Source of the DNA: a virus
Lineage: Duplodnaviria > Caudoviricetes
Strand: one strand, 5' to 3'
Length of the DNA stretch: 39,923 bases
Virus record (IMG/VR): IMGVR_UViG_3300035492_000269
Coordinates: 1-39,923 of that record
Each line of letters starts with the position of its first letter. Positions within the stretch are counted from its first letter, which is position 1. Positions 7,587 to 17,206 of the stretch are shown one piece after another. Made by a program: the position numbers and the translations under genes. Under the pieces are notes generated by a model. The model was not told the DNA's origin. It ran no database searches and saw nothing but the letters and a program-made list of their open reading frames with translations.

Positions 7587-8270
7587 CTAAACAGGGGTCA
7601 GGGTGACCGTCACCGGGCCGTCTGGCCAGAGCTGGCCGGTTGGTAGGTCGACTACCTCGATAAACCAATCCGTAGCATCCTGCTGCAGAACTACCGTCTG
7701 ATCCTCGTAGCCTGGCGCCGATAGGATGTACTCGGCCGGTTCGGTCGTGCCCTCTGTTGTTCCGCTGATACCGATCCCGTACAGCGTGGTTTCGCCGGTA
7801 CTATCCACCAGGCTCATAACCTGAGTAACCGTCACTGTCGCACCACCCAGTTCAGCAGGCGCAGAAACAAGGCTGCCTACCTCCATGCCAGCAAAGAATC
7901 CTGTTCCTCCAAAGCCCGGTGGGGCCATCTCTGGCGGAACCGCAGCAGACACTATTTCAAAAGTGAGCACATTCGTCGGCGGTGCCTTCAGCGCATCCAG
8001 CCGCGCCAGAATGCTCTGGAACGTGCCCGCAGTCAGCGTACAGTAGATGACACTGCCAGCCCCCCAATCTTGAATCGCCGTTCCCTCTTGGCCACGGGTA
8101 AGTGCTGCATTACCGCCCACCACATCGGCGTCGACGATCTCCCAGCGGGTCGCGGCCGTTGCACTATCTGCAATGGTCAGTCGATAGGTTCCATCAGCGA
8201 GCGATAGAGCGACCGTGTCTGCTGCAGCGGTCAGCGTGATCGGCTGCAGGTAGTTGTTTGCAAACTGCAT
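7587..8270 (-). CDS. Putative tail fibre / receptor-binding protein
   Basis: N-terminal MQFANN...LTRGQEGT...W.AGS....LTAG attachment-type domain; last gene of the tail module. Confidence 0.65.
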   Translation of the reverse strand: MQFANNYLQPITLTAAADTVALSLADGTYRLTIADSATAATRWEIVDADVVGGNAALTRGQEGTAIQDWGAGSVIYCTLTAGTFQSILARLDALKAPPTNVLTFEIVSAAVPPEMAPPGFGGTGFFAGMEVGSLVSAPAELGGATVTVTQVMSLVDSTGETTLYGIGISGTTEGTTEPAEYILSAPGYEDQTVVLQQDATDWFIEVVDLPTGQLWPDGPVTVTLTPV

Positions 8271-8281
8271 AACTTCTCCTG

Positions 8282-9850
8282 TTAGGTCCAGCAAATGGGG
8301 TTGGATTGCGCGCGCACTATTTCACCCGTGCCCGGATTCCAGCTGCCATAGCGGGCCGCTGCGGGTGCTGTGTCGCTACCGCTGACAACGCCCTGCGGCG
8401 TCAAGCTGCTGCCGTTATGCCAGGTCCAGTCGTAATTGCTGTTCTGCGCGTCGTAAGCCCCGGTCTGCGTGATCACAGACACCAGGTTGTTGCTGTACTG
8501 CCATAAGCCAACAGTCGCGGCTACGGCCGCACTGCCAGAGCCAACTGAAAACCAAGGGTCATCCCCCAGCGCAGTGGCGACCTCTTGCGGGCTGGTCCCC
8601 AAAGACGTATCTCCGGGTGACGGGTTACGGCCTAAACTCGAGTCTGCCTGCTCAATACCCACCGACGAGGTGATAACGGCAGTGCTGTCATCAGTCACAA
8701 CCTGTTCAGGTGTTGGGCCCGCAAGTGTCCACCTATAGTCGTAGCTGCCGCTCTCAGCCTTCGTGACACTAGCGCTGATGCTCTGCCCCATGAATGTTGC
8801 TGTCACGATACGGGTAGTACTGCGGGACATGCCGTTGCGCTTGATGTTTTGAACCAACTCGCCGCTATAACTGTTGGAACCACCCTGACTTGTGATTGTG
8901 AGCAAGCCCGAATGGGTGGATGTGATGGGGCCGATGTTGGCCTCCCACGTCCGCTCAATCGTCACAGTCACCGGCTGCGGCACTCCGGACGAGTCAAACC
9001 ACATAGCAGCGACTTTGCCGTCAATCCGCCACTCACGCTCACCATAGAACTGGTTATATGAGGCGCTACCGCTATCGGCCCATGCGATGGTGCTAGTGCC
9101 AGGGCTGGGGGACTCATTGACCGTCCCCCGGATTTCGTAGGTTGCCGGCGTGGCTGGGATGGCCCCAGTATCAGACGCCACACCAATCGTCTGCTCTCGC
9201 GTTTTCAGGACGCTGACACTTGCAGCAAAATCAACACCCGGCGTACCACTAAGCTCGATGAGCCAGAAGCCGATAGGATGCCGTGCCAAGAAGCCGCCAG
9301 CGGGCTGGCTCGGCTTGAGATAGATGGCGACGATAGCCTTGCTGCCATCTGGCGTTATGTCTGCAAGCTCTGCGTACACGGCCCCGGTGAGGCTTGGCGT
9401 GCTCTGGCCGGTGTTCGCTAGCTCGAGAGTGAAGCTACGCACCCCACCCGACCCGCCCGCCCTGCCGAAGCGGGTCATCTTCAGCGCTTTGATCCAACTA
9501 CTCTGGCCGCTGTAGCTCCTGATCTGCTGGGCATCGATCAGCCAAGGGCGATTATCCGGCGCAGCGTAGATCCAACCACCAATGACGGAGCCGTGCAGGT
9601 TTTGATACAACCCGGACAACAGGGCGTAATCCAACCACTGCCTACCCTTCTGCAAATCTGACGCCGCCTGCTCCGGCGTGCGTTCTGCACCTGGCGACCA
9701 GGGCATACGCTGGAGCAGCGTGTTGCCGTACCCAGCATTATCACCCGGCCAGCTCACCGGTTCTGCGCAATCCATAGTGCTGCCATTAGGCAGCGTCAGC
9801 AGGCCACCGCTGATTGTGCCGTGGTATGGGCACCCCCAGTTTTCAAGCAT
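8282..9850 (-). CDS. Putative tail-tip / fibre protein
   Basis: 522 aa, Ser/Thr/Gly-rich beta-type sequence in the distal tail module. Confidence 0.6.
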   Translation of the reverse strand: MLENWGCPYHGTISGGLLTLPNGSTMDCAEPVSWPGDNAGYGNTLLQRMPWSPGAERTPEQAASDLQKGRQWLDYALLSGLYQNLHGSVIGGWIYAAPDNRPWLIDAQQIRSYSGQSSWIKALKMTRFGRAGGSGGVRSFTLELANTGQSTPSLTGAVYAELADITPDGSKAIVAIYLKPSQPAGGFLARHPIGFWLIELSGTPGVDFAASVSVLKTREQTIGVASDTGAIPATPATYEIRGTVNESPSPGTSTIAWADSGSASYNQFYGEREWRIDGKVAAMWFDSSGVPQPVTVTIERTWEANIGPITSTHSGLLTITSQGGSNSYSGELVQNIKRNGMSRSTTRIVTATFMGQSISASVTKAESGSYDYRWTLAGPTPEQVVTDDSTAVITSSVGIEQADSSLGRNPSPGDTSLGTSPQEVATALGDDPWFSVGSGSAAVAATVGLWQYSNNLVSVITQTGAYDAQNSNYDWTWHNGSSLTPQGVVSGSDTAPAAARYGSWNPGTGEIVRAQSNPICWT

Positions 9851-9857
9851 AAAGGCC

Positions 9858-10316
9858 TCACGGTTCCGGGTTTTCTGGCTCGGCCAACTTGATCTCTACC
9901 ACCGCGTTGTTTGCGTCGCGCAGGGTGATGGTGTTGATTGCCGCAACCTCCCACACAAACAGTCCATCCGAGCTGACAACTTCGCGGGGAGCGTGGTAGG
10001 TGCGGTCCAACACCGGTTCAGTTCCCGACGCACTGCCGCCCTCAATAAGCGGGCTCGCGATGCCGCCGCCAGGACCAGAGCTGCTGCCGGGCTGGTAGTT
10101 GTACTGCGCATATCCGCGTGCAGACGGGATGCCGCCGCGCGGTTCTTCGCGGCGGAGTGTGGGCGGCTCGGCCTGCCGGGTAATGATCTGTGACAGATCG
10201 CGAATCAGCCCCTGCGCAAGCGCCTGCCGGCGACTGGCAAGCTCTGATCGAATGCCGCTGCTGCGCTCTTGCAGCTTGCCCCGGATTCCTGCCGCTCGAT
10301 CATCAATCGTACTCAT
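9858..10316 (-). CDS. Putative minor tail protein
   Basis: Tightly packed in the tail-tip module; GGAG RBS before MSTIDD. Confidence 0.6.
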   Translation of the reverse strand: MSTIDDRAAGIRGKLQERSSGIRSELASRRQALAQGLIRDLSQIITRQAEPPTLRREEPRGGIPSARGYAQYNYQPGSSSGPGGGIASPLIEGGSASGTEPVLDRTYHAPREVVSSDGLFVWEVAAINTITLRDANNAVVEIKLAEPENPEP

Positions 10317-10317
10317 G

Positions 10318-12024
10318 CTACAGCTCCAGTTCGTCTGCCGTTGGAGCAACCCTGTACACAGCCGGCTGCTCTGCACGGATCTCGTTGCGCCACTGCTCGG
10401 GAATCTCGGGTGTGATCAACATAAAGCGCCGGGGGAAACGCAGGGCGGGGTCGCCGTTCCCAATCGAATAGTTACCTGCAAAGCCTGGTAGCTCATCGTC
10501 GTACAGCGGGCTGGTAGTCCGCAGACCGAGCTGCGTCGGTAGAGCCCCAGGCACAACTGGGCCCGGCTCGTCGTCAAACTCGGGCGGCTCCGGCAAAACC
10601 AATGCATCATCAACGCTCCCCGGCTGGCCAGCGCTTACCGCAAGCGTGATTGTGAGCATCGCGAGGCCAGTGGTGATATCCATCTCTTCCTCCAGCGCGG
10701 CAGGAACACCGGTCACCGCAACCTGACCATCAGCCAGCCGCACGCCCTTGCCGAAGTCCACTCCGAGCGCATGGGCCAAGGGCGTTTGCCAGGTCACCTG
10801 GTTTGCTCGGTGAGATGCCAGCAGCATGGTGCGGCCAACTCCGAGCGCGCATTCGGCTGCGGCCGCCAGACGAGCGGCCTCCCTGCTGCTGCCGCTGTTG
10901 ATCGGCAGGTCTCCGACCGTAACACCATCAGCACCAGTGCTGCGGTCCCATGCCTGGTCGCCGGCGCTGTCTGTGTCGAGCACGACCCGCGCACGCTCGA
11001 TGACTTCCCCCACAGCTGCAACGGAGTAATCAACCTGCAGGCGCAGGCGGTATTGCTCAACTGCACGCTGGCTCCAGCGGATGCTCGCCGACCAATTCGC
11101 ACCGAGCAGCAAGTCGGTGTTGTCGTTGTACCAAGGCTGCGGCAGGTCTGGCAGGTCGCCGTAAAGCCGGAACCAACTGGCCGAGCGCAGATACCAGCCC
11201 GCGGACTCGGTTGCCTCGGTGATCATCTGAATGTCTGGCAGTTCGGTAGAGTCAGCCCGCCAGGCGTTGAAGCCGGTGAGCGACGTGTTGCCGCCAGTGC
11301 CCGGGTGCAGCCAGCTGTAGGACTGGTTGCGTTGGCGGTAGCGGGTGAACCGGTAGTCCAGCTCAAGCTCATAGACGTTTGGCGTATCACCAAGCGGAGC
11401 CAGGTTCACATCCAGCGATTCATAGACGGTGGTGCCAGACCCGAACTCGAAAGCCAGCGCGGGTTGCCAGCTGGTTACCCGTGGCATGCCAACGCGATCG
11501 ACATTCAAGCTGGCTGGGCGCGTGCTCATGCGCTCTTGCGCGTATTCCCACCGGGATCGGCCAGCCGTTTCCTCAAATACATCAGCAGACCATTGACCGC
11601 CGGTTAGCTGGTCAATTTCTGCCAGCTCCATGCGCTCAATACTGTCCGCAAGCCGGGTGGTTGCCTCACAAAACATCACGCGACTGAGCACGTCGAAGGA
11701 CGGCTGAACCAGATACCCGGTGAACCGGCGGCTGGAAAAGTCCGTCTCACCCAGGACAATGAAGTCGACAGTCAGCGCAGCCCCGGTGTAGGCCGCAACA
11801 TTCACCGGGCCCGCACCGAGGTACACGGCAAAGCGTGCGACGGCATCGCCATCCTCGGAGCGACTGATAACAACCGAACCGGTCAGCACGCTGGTAACAT
11901 CAACACCGCCCAGCAGCACCTGCAGGCGCCACACGAATGACCCGCCCTGCTCGATCTGCTGAACTGCCGTACCAGACGCCAGCCCGTTGAGTGGGACGCT
12001 ATTTAGGGGGTACGCATTAAACAT
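10318..12024 (-). CDS. Putative tail-tip hub protein
   Basis: 568 aa, second gene after the tape measure; VLLGGVDVT..LTGSV.ISRSE hub-like start. Confidence 0.65.
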   Translation of the reverse strand: MFNAYPLNSVPLNGLASGTAVQQIEQGGSFVWRLQVLLGGVDVTSVLTGSVVISRSEDGDAVARFAVYLGAGPVNVAAYTGAALTVDFIVLGETDFSSRRFTGYLVQPSFDVLSRVMFCEATTRLADSIERMELAEIDQLTGGQWSADVFEETAGRSRWEYAQERMSTRPASLNVDRVGMPRVTSWQPALAFEFGSGTTVYESLDVNLAPLGDTPNVYELELDYRFTRYRQRNQSYSWLHPGTGGNTSLTGFNAWRADSTELPDIQMITEATESAGWYLRSASWFRLYGDLPDLPQPWYNDNTDLLLGANWSASIRWSQRAVEQYRLRLQVDYSVAAVGEVIERARVVLDTDSAGDQAWDRSTGADGVTVGDLPINSGSSREAARLAAAAECALGVGRTMLLASHRANQVTWQTPLAHALGVDFGKGVRLADGQVAVTGVPAALEEEMDITTGLAMLTITLAVSAGQPGSVDDALVLPEPPEFDDEPGPVVPGALPTQLGLRTTSPLYDDELPGFAGNYSIGNGDPALRFPRRFMLITPEIPEQWRNEIRAEQPAVYRVAPTADELEL

Positions 12025-12027
12025 CTG

Positions 12028-12534
12028 CTATACCTCCAGGCATACAAGCTGCCAGTCATTGCTGCCGGCTTCACTGCTCTCGGTTGGCCGGCGGCACCGG
12101 ACAGTGAAACGAGGCAGCCAGCCAAGACTGTAGAGCGCGGCTCCCGCCACCGGCGTGATGGTTGCGCTGCGATCAACAACGGAAACCGGCGTGCGCTGGT
12201 GCGTACCGTCGGGGAACAGCGCATCGCACCACACCGGCACATCCGGGCGCGGCTCGGTTGTCAGTGTTACCTCAAGGCCTTCGGTGTTGAGCCGCAACGC
12301 CTTGGTGCTCCACAGGTCCAGATCCGAGCGGAAGTCCACACCATCAAGCCCAGGGCCCATTAACCCGGAGCCAGTGATGGTGATGCGCATCTTTTCCCAG
12401 TGGGTCATCTCTACCAGTGCGCCATCACTCATGCGCACTTGGCTTGTGCCGCCATCAGTTTCATAGCTGACAGACGGCCAGCCGCTGAGCGGCATGATGG
12501 GCACACCGCCCAGCTTCAGCAGAATCATGATCAA
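12028..12534 (-). CDS. Putative distal tail protein
   Basis: Immediately follows the tape measure gene; RMSDGALV..THW.K..ITITG. Confidence 0.65.
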   Translation of the reverse strand: MIMILLKLGGVPIMPLSGWPSVSYETDGGTSQVRMSDGALVEMTHWEKMRITITGSGLMGPGLDGVDFRSDLDLWSTKALRLNTEGLEVTLTTEPRPDVPVWCDALFPDGTHQRTPVSVVDRSATITPVAGAALYSLGWLPRFTVRCRRPTESSEAGSNDWQLVCLEV

Positions 12535-14567
12535 CCCTTTTTAAGTCTGGATAGCCGGGCGAAGTCGGCCAGTTCCTCAAGGCCGCTGCGCTGCGCCATC
12601 ACGGGAACAGAGCGACCGCCAGGCAACTGGATCAGCGCCGCAGAAGAGAAGTCGTTCGCGGCACCAGCCAGCGCCGCGTCAGTCAGCCCAGCCCCTGCCT
12701 CAGACTCGCGCAGGCCACTCAGCACGCTGGCAAGGCGCTGCGATGCGTCAGCAGTGAACACCCGCTCGCCACCGCCAAACGCCACCAGCTCGGGACCGCG
12801 CTCGCCAACCCAGGCCAAGCCCGGCGCGGCATTCGGTGTGCCTGTCGCGTAACCAGGCACACCACCAGAGCTACCCGGAATGGGTGACCAGCCAGCAGCG
12901 GCCGGAGCCTCCGGTACGTTAAGGGTTGGAGTGATCACCATCTCTTTGCCAAGCGCCACACCCAGGGCAACGACCTTGGCTCGCAGATCCTCAATGGCTT
13001 CTGGCGGCATGAACGGCTTGACCTCGACTGAGGCCAGCTCTTTGACGCGCTGAAGCTCTGCGGTGATCGATGCCAGCTTTTTATCTGCATCCGTTTGCTG
13101 CAGGCGGTTGGCCTCCAGCTCGATTTGCTGCAGCTCTTTGGCGAAGCCGGTAAAGCCGTAAGTGTTCTCTCCTGCCCGCTCCAGCTCCAGCAGCATCTCC
13201 AGCGCCTGCTGGGCTTGCCGCTGCGCACCTTCAAAGTCACCGCCGGCAAGAGACTGGCGGGCATTCAGCTTCAGCGCTTGCGCGGCACCGTAGCTTGCGC
13301 CGCCTGCCCCGCCCTGCAGCTGGGCCAGTGCATCGGCATAACGCTTTTCAATCTCTAGCCGCTCGTCGCGGAATTTCTCTACGTCTCGGTTTGCCTCGCG
13401 CTCTGCCGTTTTCAGCTCGCTCAGCTTTTCCTTGGCGTCATCAACCAGCTTTTTGTATGCATCCTTGATGGCTTGAGAGGATGTGACCACCGCGTTTTCC
13501 ATCCGCTCGGAGCTGGCCTCAACCTCTCCCGCAACGCGGGTCACTGTTTCCCCAACGCTTTGGTAGGAGCTGTCCCACAGCTTGCGCACCCGATCCATAG
13601 CAATGCCGGTATTGCGGGCGTTATCCTCACCCACCATGCGCATAATGTCGGCAGCCTGGGATAGCTCACCACTGGCAACGGCAGCGGCCGCAGCGGCAGT
13701 GCCACCGATAAAGCGGCCCAGCGCGCCGAACCCATCGCCGACAATGATCACGGCACTGGCCAGCACCTTCATCACGAAGCCGAGGACATTGGCAACCTGG
13801 GTTGCGATCTGCCCCTCTCGCGACACATCAACAAGCAAGCCGGTGAGTTGGTTCATTGAAGGCAGCAGCTCTGACGTAATCTGCTGCCCCACGCCTTGCG
13901 ATACCGCCCCCAACGTATTGGCCGAGCGCTCGAAGGCTTTGGCACCCTCAACGACATCATCGCTCATCACCAGGCCAAGTTCTCTGGCCTGCTCGGCCAG
14001 GCGCTGATACTCGGCGCCGTTATCGCGCAGCAGCGGCAGCAGCAACGCGGCATCACTGGCAATGGCCTCCATGTAGAAGGTCATTTCATTCTGAGAGACG
14101 TTGGCCTGCTCCAGACTCTTAACGTAGAGCTGCAGAGCATCAGGACCGCTAAGCTCGCGAAACTGCTCAGCCGTTACGCCTACCTGCGGCGCGATGTTCT
14201 CGAAGAAATCGGCCAGCGGCCCGCCGCCTGTCTGCAGGAAGTCGCCAACCTTGTCGCGCACATCCTTGAAGATATCGCCCAGCTTGTCCTGCTCAATACC
14301 CATCGTCCGAGAGGCAAAGGCCCAAGTCTGAAACTTCTGAGCAGTAGTGCCAGACAATTCAGCCATGCGCACCATCTGAGCGGTAGCCAGGGCGCTTTCT
14401 TTGACAAAGGACGCGACTGCACTCACCGAGAACGCACCCAGCAACGCCAAGCCCGCCTTTTTGGCACCAGCACTGAACCGCTCCAGCTGGTTGTCTGCCT
14501 GCTTGAACGCGGGGCCGGCGTTGTTCTTGCCGTCTACCACCAGCTGCACGCGGGCCTTTTTGCTCAT
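12531..14567 (-). CDS. Tail tape measure protein
   Basis: 678 aa, Ala-rich helical; C-terminal GYATG...VGERGPELV motif; follows the tail chaperones. Confidence 0.92.
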   Translation of the reverse strand: MSKKARVQLVVDGKNNAGPAFKQADNQLERFSAGAKKAGLALLGAFSVSAVASFVKESALATAQMVRMAELSGTTAQKFQTWAFASRTMGIEQDKLGDIFKDVRDKVGDFLQTGGGPLADFFENIAPQVGVTAEQFRELSGPDALQLYVKSLEQANVSQNEMTFYMEAIASDAALLLPLLRDNGAEYQRLAEQARELGLVMSDDVVEGAKAFERSANTLGAVSQGVGQQITSELLPSMNQLTGLLVDVSREGQIATQVANVLGFVMKVLASAVIIVGDGFGALGRFIGGTAAAAAAVASGELSQAADIMRMVGEDNARNTGIAMDRVRKLWDSSYQSVGETVTRVAGEVEASSERMENAVVTSSQAIKDAYKKLVDDAKEKLSELKTAEREANRDVEKFRDERLEIEKRYADALAQLQGGAGGASYGAAQALKLNARQSLAGGDFEGAQRQAQQALEMLLELERAGENTYGFTGFAKELQQIELEANRLQQTDADKKLASITAELQRVKELASVEVKPFMPPEAIEDLRAKVVALGVALGKEMVITPTLNVPEAPAAAGWSPIPGSSGGVPGYATGTPNAAPGLAWVGERGPELVAFGGGERVFTADASQRLASVLSGLRESEAGAGLTDAALAGAANDFSSAALIQLPGGRSVPVMAQRSGLEELADFARLSRLKKG

Positions 14568-14803
14568 TTGGAGAGTTCCTGCAATATGCCTTTAAGGCGG
14601 TTTGGTTTAGCCCTGGCGACGGCGGCAGCCAGAATGGCGTCATGCCTACGGCGACGGTCTCTGGTCTCAATAGCTCGCTGAAAGCCCTCCAGCTGATCGA
14701 GTGTGTAGCCCTTCACATCAGCCAGCGAATGGCCCGCTTCGATCAGTTGCTGGACAACGTAGAGCCAGCCAGCTGGCTTGCCGCCTGCACCAGGGCTTGG
14801 TCG
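14564..14803 (-). CDS. -1 frameshift extension of the tail assembly chaperone (gpGT-like C-terminal part)
   Basis: Slippery T TTT TTC at 14809-14803 in the chaperone frame; the -1 frame is open (RPSPGAGGKPAGWLYVVQQLIEAGHSLADVKGYTLDQLEGF...ELSK) to a TGA overlapping the tape measure ATG. Confidence 0.85.
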   Translation of the reverse strand, partial: RPSPGAGGKPAGWLYVVQQLIEAGHSLADVKGYTLDQLEGFQRAIETRDRRRRHDAILAAAVARAKPNRLKGILQELSK

Positions 14804-15105
14804 AAAAAAGAGGAGTTCACCTGAATCACTGCGAACATCAGGCTGACCGCAGAAGCCGCAGGCATACGCCGCCGCTGGCGGCGGCTCAGGCTGGTGCAGC
14901 TACCCAGCACGGCATCCAATGCGCCGGACTGACGGGCATAGGCATAGATCTCTGCCGGGCTGGCATTTTGCAGCATGCTAATCAGTGCGCCTGACGCTTT
15001 GCCGAACACTTCAAAGTGCTCCAGCGTGACCGGTTTAACCTCTACCCGCCCCGTACCGAACGGCACCGAGACAGGTTTGGGAAACAGAACACTCAGCTCG
15101 CTCAT
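14743..15105 (-). CDS. Tail assembly chaperone (gpG-like)
   Basis: Lies between major tail and tape measure genes; carries the slippery site near its end. Confidence 0.85.
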   Translation of the reverse strand: MSELSVLFPKPVSVPFGTGRVEVKPVTLEHFEVFGKASGALISMLQNASPAEIYAYARQSGALDAVLGSCTSLSRRQRRRMPAASAVSLMFAVIQVNSSFFDQALVQAASQLAGSTLSSN

Positions 15106-15887
15106 GCGCCCACCGCTTCGTGCTCGATGGTGAAAAATGCAGCGTCACCGGGTTCAAATACGTTCGGATCAGGCAACAGCCGGATGCTGACCGGAATCGA
15201 GCCAAACTCCGCGCCTTGGGTGATCGGCATGCCTCCGTTCAGGCTGATGCGCGCATAGAAGCACTTAATACGGCGCTTCTCGTTGGCGCCGCCTTCGTTG
15301 ACCTGCGCGAACATCACCCGGTAGAACTTGCGGCCCTGCGTGAATGGCTTGATCAGATCCACTGTCGGATAGCTATAGCTCACAAGGACCGGCAGTTTCT
15401 TGCGCCCATCCACGCCGGCGTCCTCGGCATTGATGGCAGTGGCCAGCGCACCTCCCGGCAGAATGCGGATGCCACCCGGCAGCACGGCGTAATCAGTACC
15501 ACGGTTGTACTCGGTCACACCGTCGTCACTGGTGACTGCCGTGACGGCCAACGGGATGTGCTGCAGCACGATGTCGCCACCCACGTAGGCATCATGTGGC
15601 TCATCGTCTTCGGAGCCGCTGGGCACACGCTCGACCGAACCGTACAGCGCAATACCCGCCGCACGCGGGCTGAAGTCCACCGCCTCGCCAGTAATATTGA
15701 GCGCAGAGGTTGAGGTAACGCCGTCCAGCTCGGGCAGGCCGATTCGGGTCGGATTGGGGATCGTGATTTCGGACGACTCCGGCTCAACGCTCACGTTCTG
15801 CAGTTTGAAAATTTCTTCCAGACCCCAGCTCGGGTAAGCACCGACGCTCACGTGGCCGCGGAAAAGCTGAGTATAAAGTTGGTCCAT
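15102..15887 (-). CDS. Major tail tube protein
   Basis: 261 aa, acidic and beta-rich; canonical position before the chaperone. Confidence 0.8.
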   Translation of the reverse strand: MDQLYTQLFRGHVSVGAYPSWGLEEIFKLQNVSVEPESSEITIPNPTRIGLPELDGVTSTSALNITGEAVDFSPRAAGIALYGSVERVPSGSEDDEPHDAYVGGDIVLQHIPLAVTAVTSDDGVTEYNRGTDYAVLPGGIRILPGGALATAINAEDAGVDGRKKLPVLVSYSYPTVDLIKPFTQGRKFYRVMFAQVNEGGANEKRRIKCFYARISLNGGMPITQGAEFGSIPVSIRLLPDPNVFEPGDAAFFTIEHEAVGA

Positions 15888-15911
15888 TTCGTGCTCCTGG
15901 CCTGCGGCCTG

Positions 15912-16343
15912 CTAGTAGGTTTGGGTGTACAACACAGCGATGCTGATGGTCAGGCGCATGGTCGTTACACCATCCACCGGGTACTGCGGTTCGGCCTCGT
16001 CTTCTTCGTCATCGAGACCGGGGAAGCGCTTATCAACGTCGGGCTCGTGGAAGCCCAACGCACGCAACACATCGACGTGCGCGCCATCCAGCTCAGCCGC
16101 ACTTGCGCCCTTGGAGAAGGTCACTTCAATGGCGTATTCACGGCGGCGCAGCGCCTGCCGCCCAGCTGCGTCAGCGCGGCCATCACGCACCATGCGATAT
16201 TGGATGTAGGGCGTTGGGTCTCGGTCTTTGATCTTGTCCAGCGGGCCATACACCTTGACCACATCGGTCAAATAACCGTCTGCTTTGGAAATACCGGACA
16301 GCCGCGCCTGCAGCGCTGCGTCCAGCTCTGTGGCCTTGATCAT
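15912..16343 (-). CDS. Tail terminator / completion protein
   Basis: L.ARL..I..ADGY.TD start; position before the major tail gene. Confidence 0.65.
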   Translation of the reverse strand: MIKATELDAALQARLSGISKADGYLTDVVKVYGPLDKIKDRDPTPYIQYRMVRDGRADAAGRQALRRREYAIEVTFSKGASAAELDGAHVDVLRALGFHEPDVDKRFPGLDDEEDEAEPQYPVDGVTTMRLTISIAVLYTQTY

Positions 16344-16359
16344 GGGAACTCCGGGCAAT

Positions 16360-16382
16360 AAAAAACCCGCCGAAGCGGGTTT
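16360..16382 (-). terminator. Terminator downstream of the Zn-ribbon moron
   Basis: AAACCCGC-TTCG-GCGGGTTT followed by further Ts. Confidence 0.75.
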
Positions 16383-16398
16383 GATTTGAAGAAGATTT

Positions 16399-17142
16399 CT
16401 AGCGCATATTCTTTATGCACTGCAGATAGACTTCGTTCTTAAAGTCTTCCACTTCTCTCTGCTGCATCTGATCAGTTCCGTAACGCGGCTTCTCGTATGC
16501 ACTTACAACCAGGTGATTCAAAAGCTCATTTTCACCTGTCCCCATGGCAGTTGACATGGGAATGCCGGCTTGCCGTCCCTGCATAAGCGTTTCCGCAAAC
16601 TCCTCATATTTGCGGCACTGCTCGGCTACCTCTCTACGATCTGGCAGTTCATCTACAGTTTCGGGATCAGAAAGCCCCGCTTCACCCGAGGAGCCAGAAA
16701 CACTGCTTGAAAGACTCGGGACATCATCGGAGGAGTACTTACCGAGCCCTGAGAAAACGCCACCGACAAACGATCCAAGCATGACCAAGATCAGCGCCGC
16801 AAAAACAGCAGCGGGCAGCGCTGCCAAAATTATCTTCGTCATCAGCCAAATCAAGCTAATGAAGGGAATCTGTACGCCAGTAATCACCACACAGTCTGGC
16901 GCGGCCCGCTTCAGACTGGACTGCCACTCTGCCTCCTGGCGGCGCTGCCGGCTCTCTTCAATACCTGCCTTTGCCCCAGCTATCCCCGCACCCAACTTTG
17001 CCGAGACACCGGGAGAATCGGCCACTGAAGCATCTTGCCTCGCCTGAACCTTCGCGTAGACGACTCCGCACTTGGGGCAGATTTCCGGGCTGGCAGTGTG
17101 CTCTGCCATCGTTGGTTCATACTTACACTTAGGACATTCCAT
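16399..17142 (-). CDS. Moron: N-terminal Zn ribbon, TM segment, C-terminal extracytoplasmic helical domain
   Basis: CPKC...CPKC, long hydrophobic stretch, Ser-rich linker, C-terminal domain with two Cys; own promoter and terminator. Confidence 0.8.
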   Translation of the reverse strand: MECPKCKYEPTMAEHTASPEICPKCGVVYAKVQARQDASVADSPGVSAKLGAGIAGAKAGIEESRQRRQEAEWQSSLKRAAPDCVVITGVQIPFISLIWLMTKIILAALPAAVFAALILVMLGSFVGGVFSGLGKYSSDDVPSLSSSVSGSSGEAGLSDPETVDELPDRREVAEQCRKYEEFAETLMQGRQAGIPMSTAMGTGENELLNHLVVSAYEKPRYGTDQMQQREVEDFKNEVYLQCIKNMR

Positions 17143-17172
17143 TGCTCTATTCCCTTGCCAATCCTAATAGGG

Positions 17173-17201
17173 AGCATAGCGTATAGCCACTAGCAGGTCA
17201 C
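17173..17201 (-). promoter_or_regulatory. Putative moron promoter
   Basis: GTGACC-17 nt-TATGCT on the minus strand. Confidence 0.5.
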
Positions 17202-17206
17202 ACGTG

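Noticed and set aside
7587-9850. Diversity-generating retroelement acting on tail fibres
   Set aside because: No reverse transcriptase and no TR/VR repeat pair noticed
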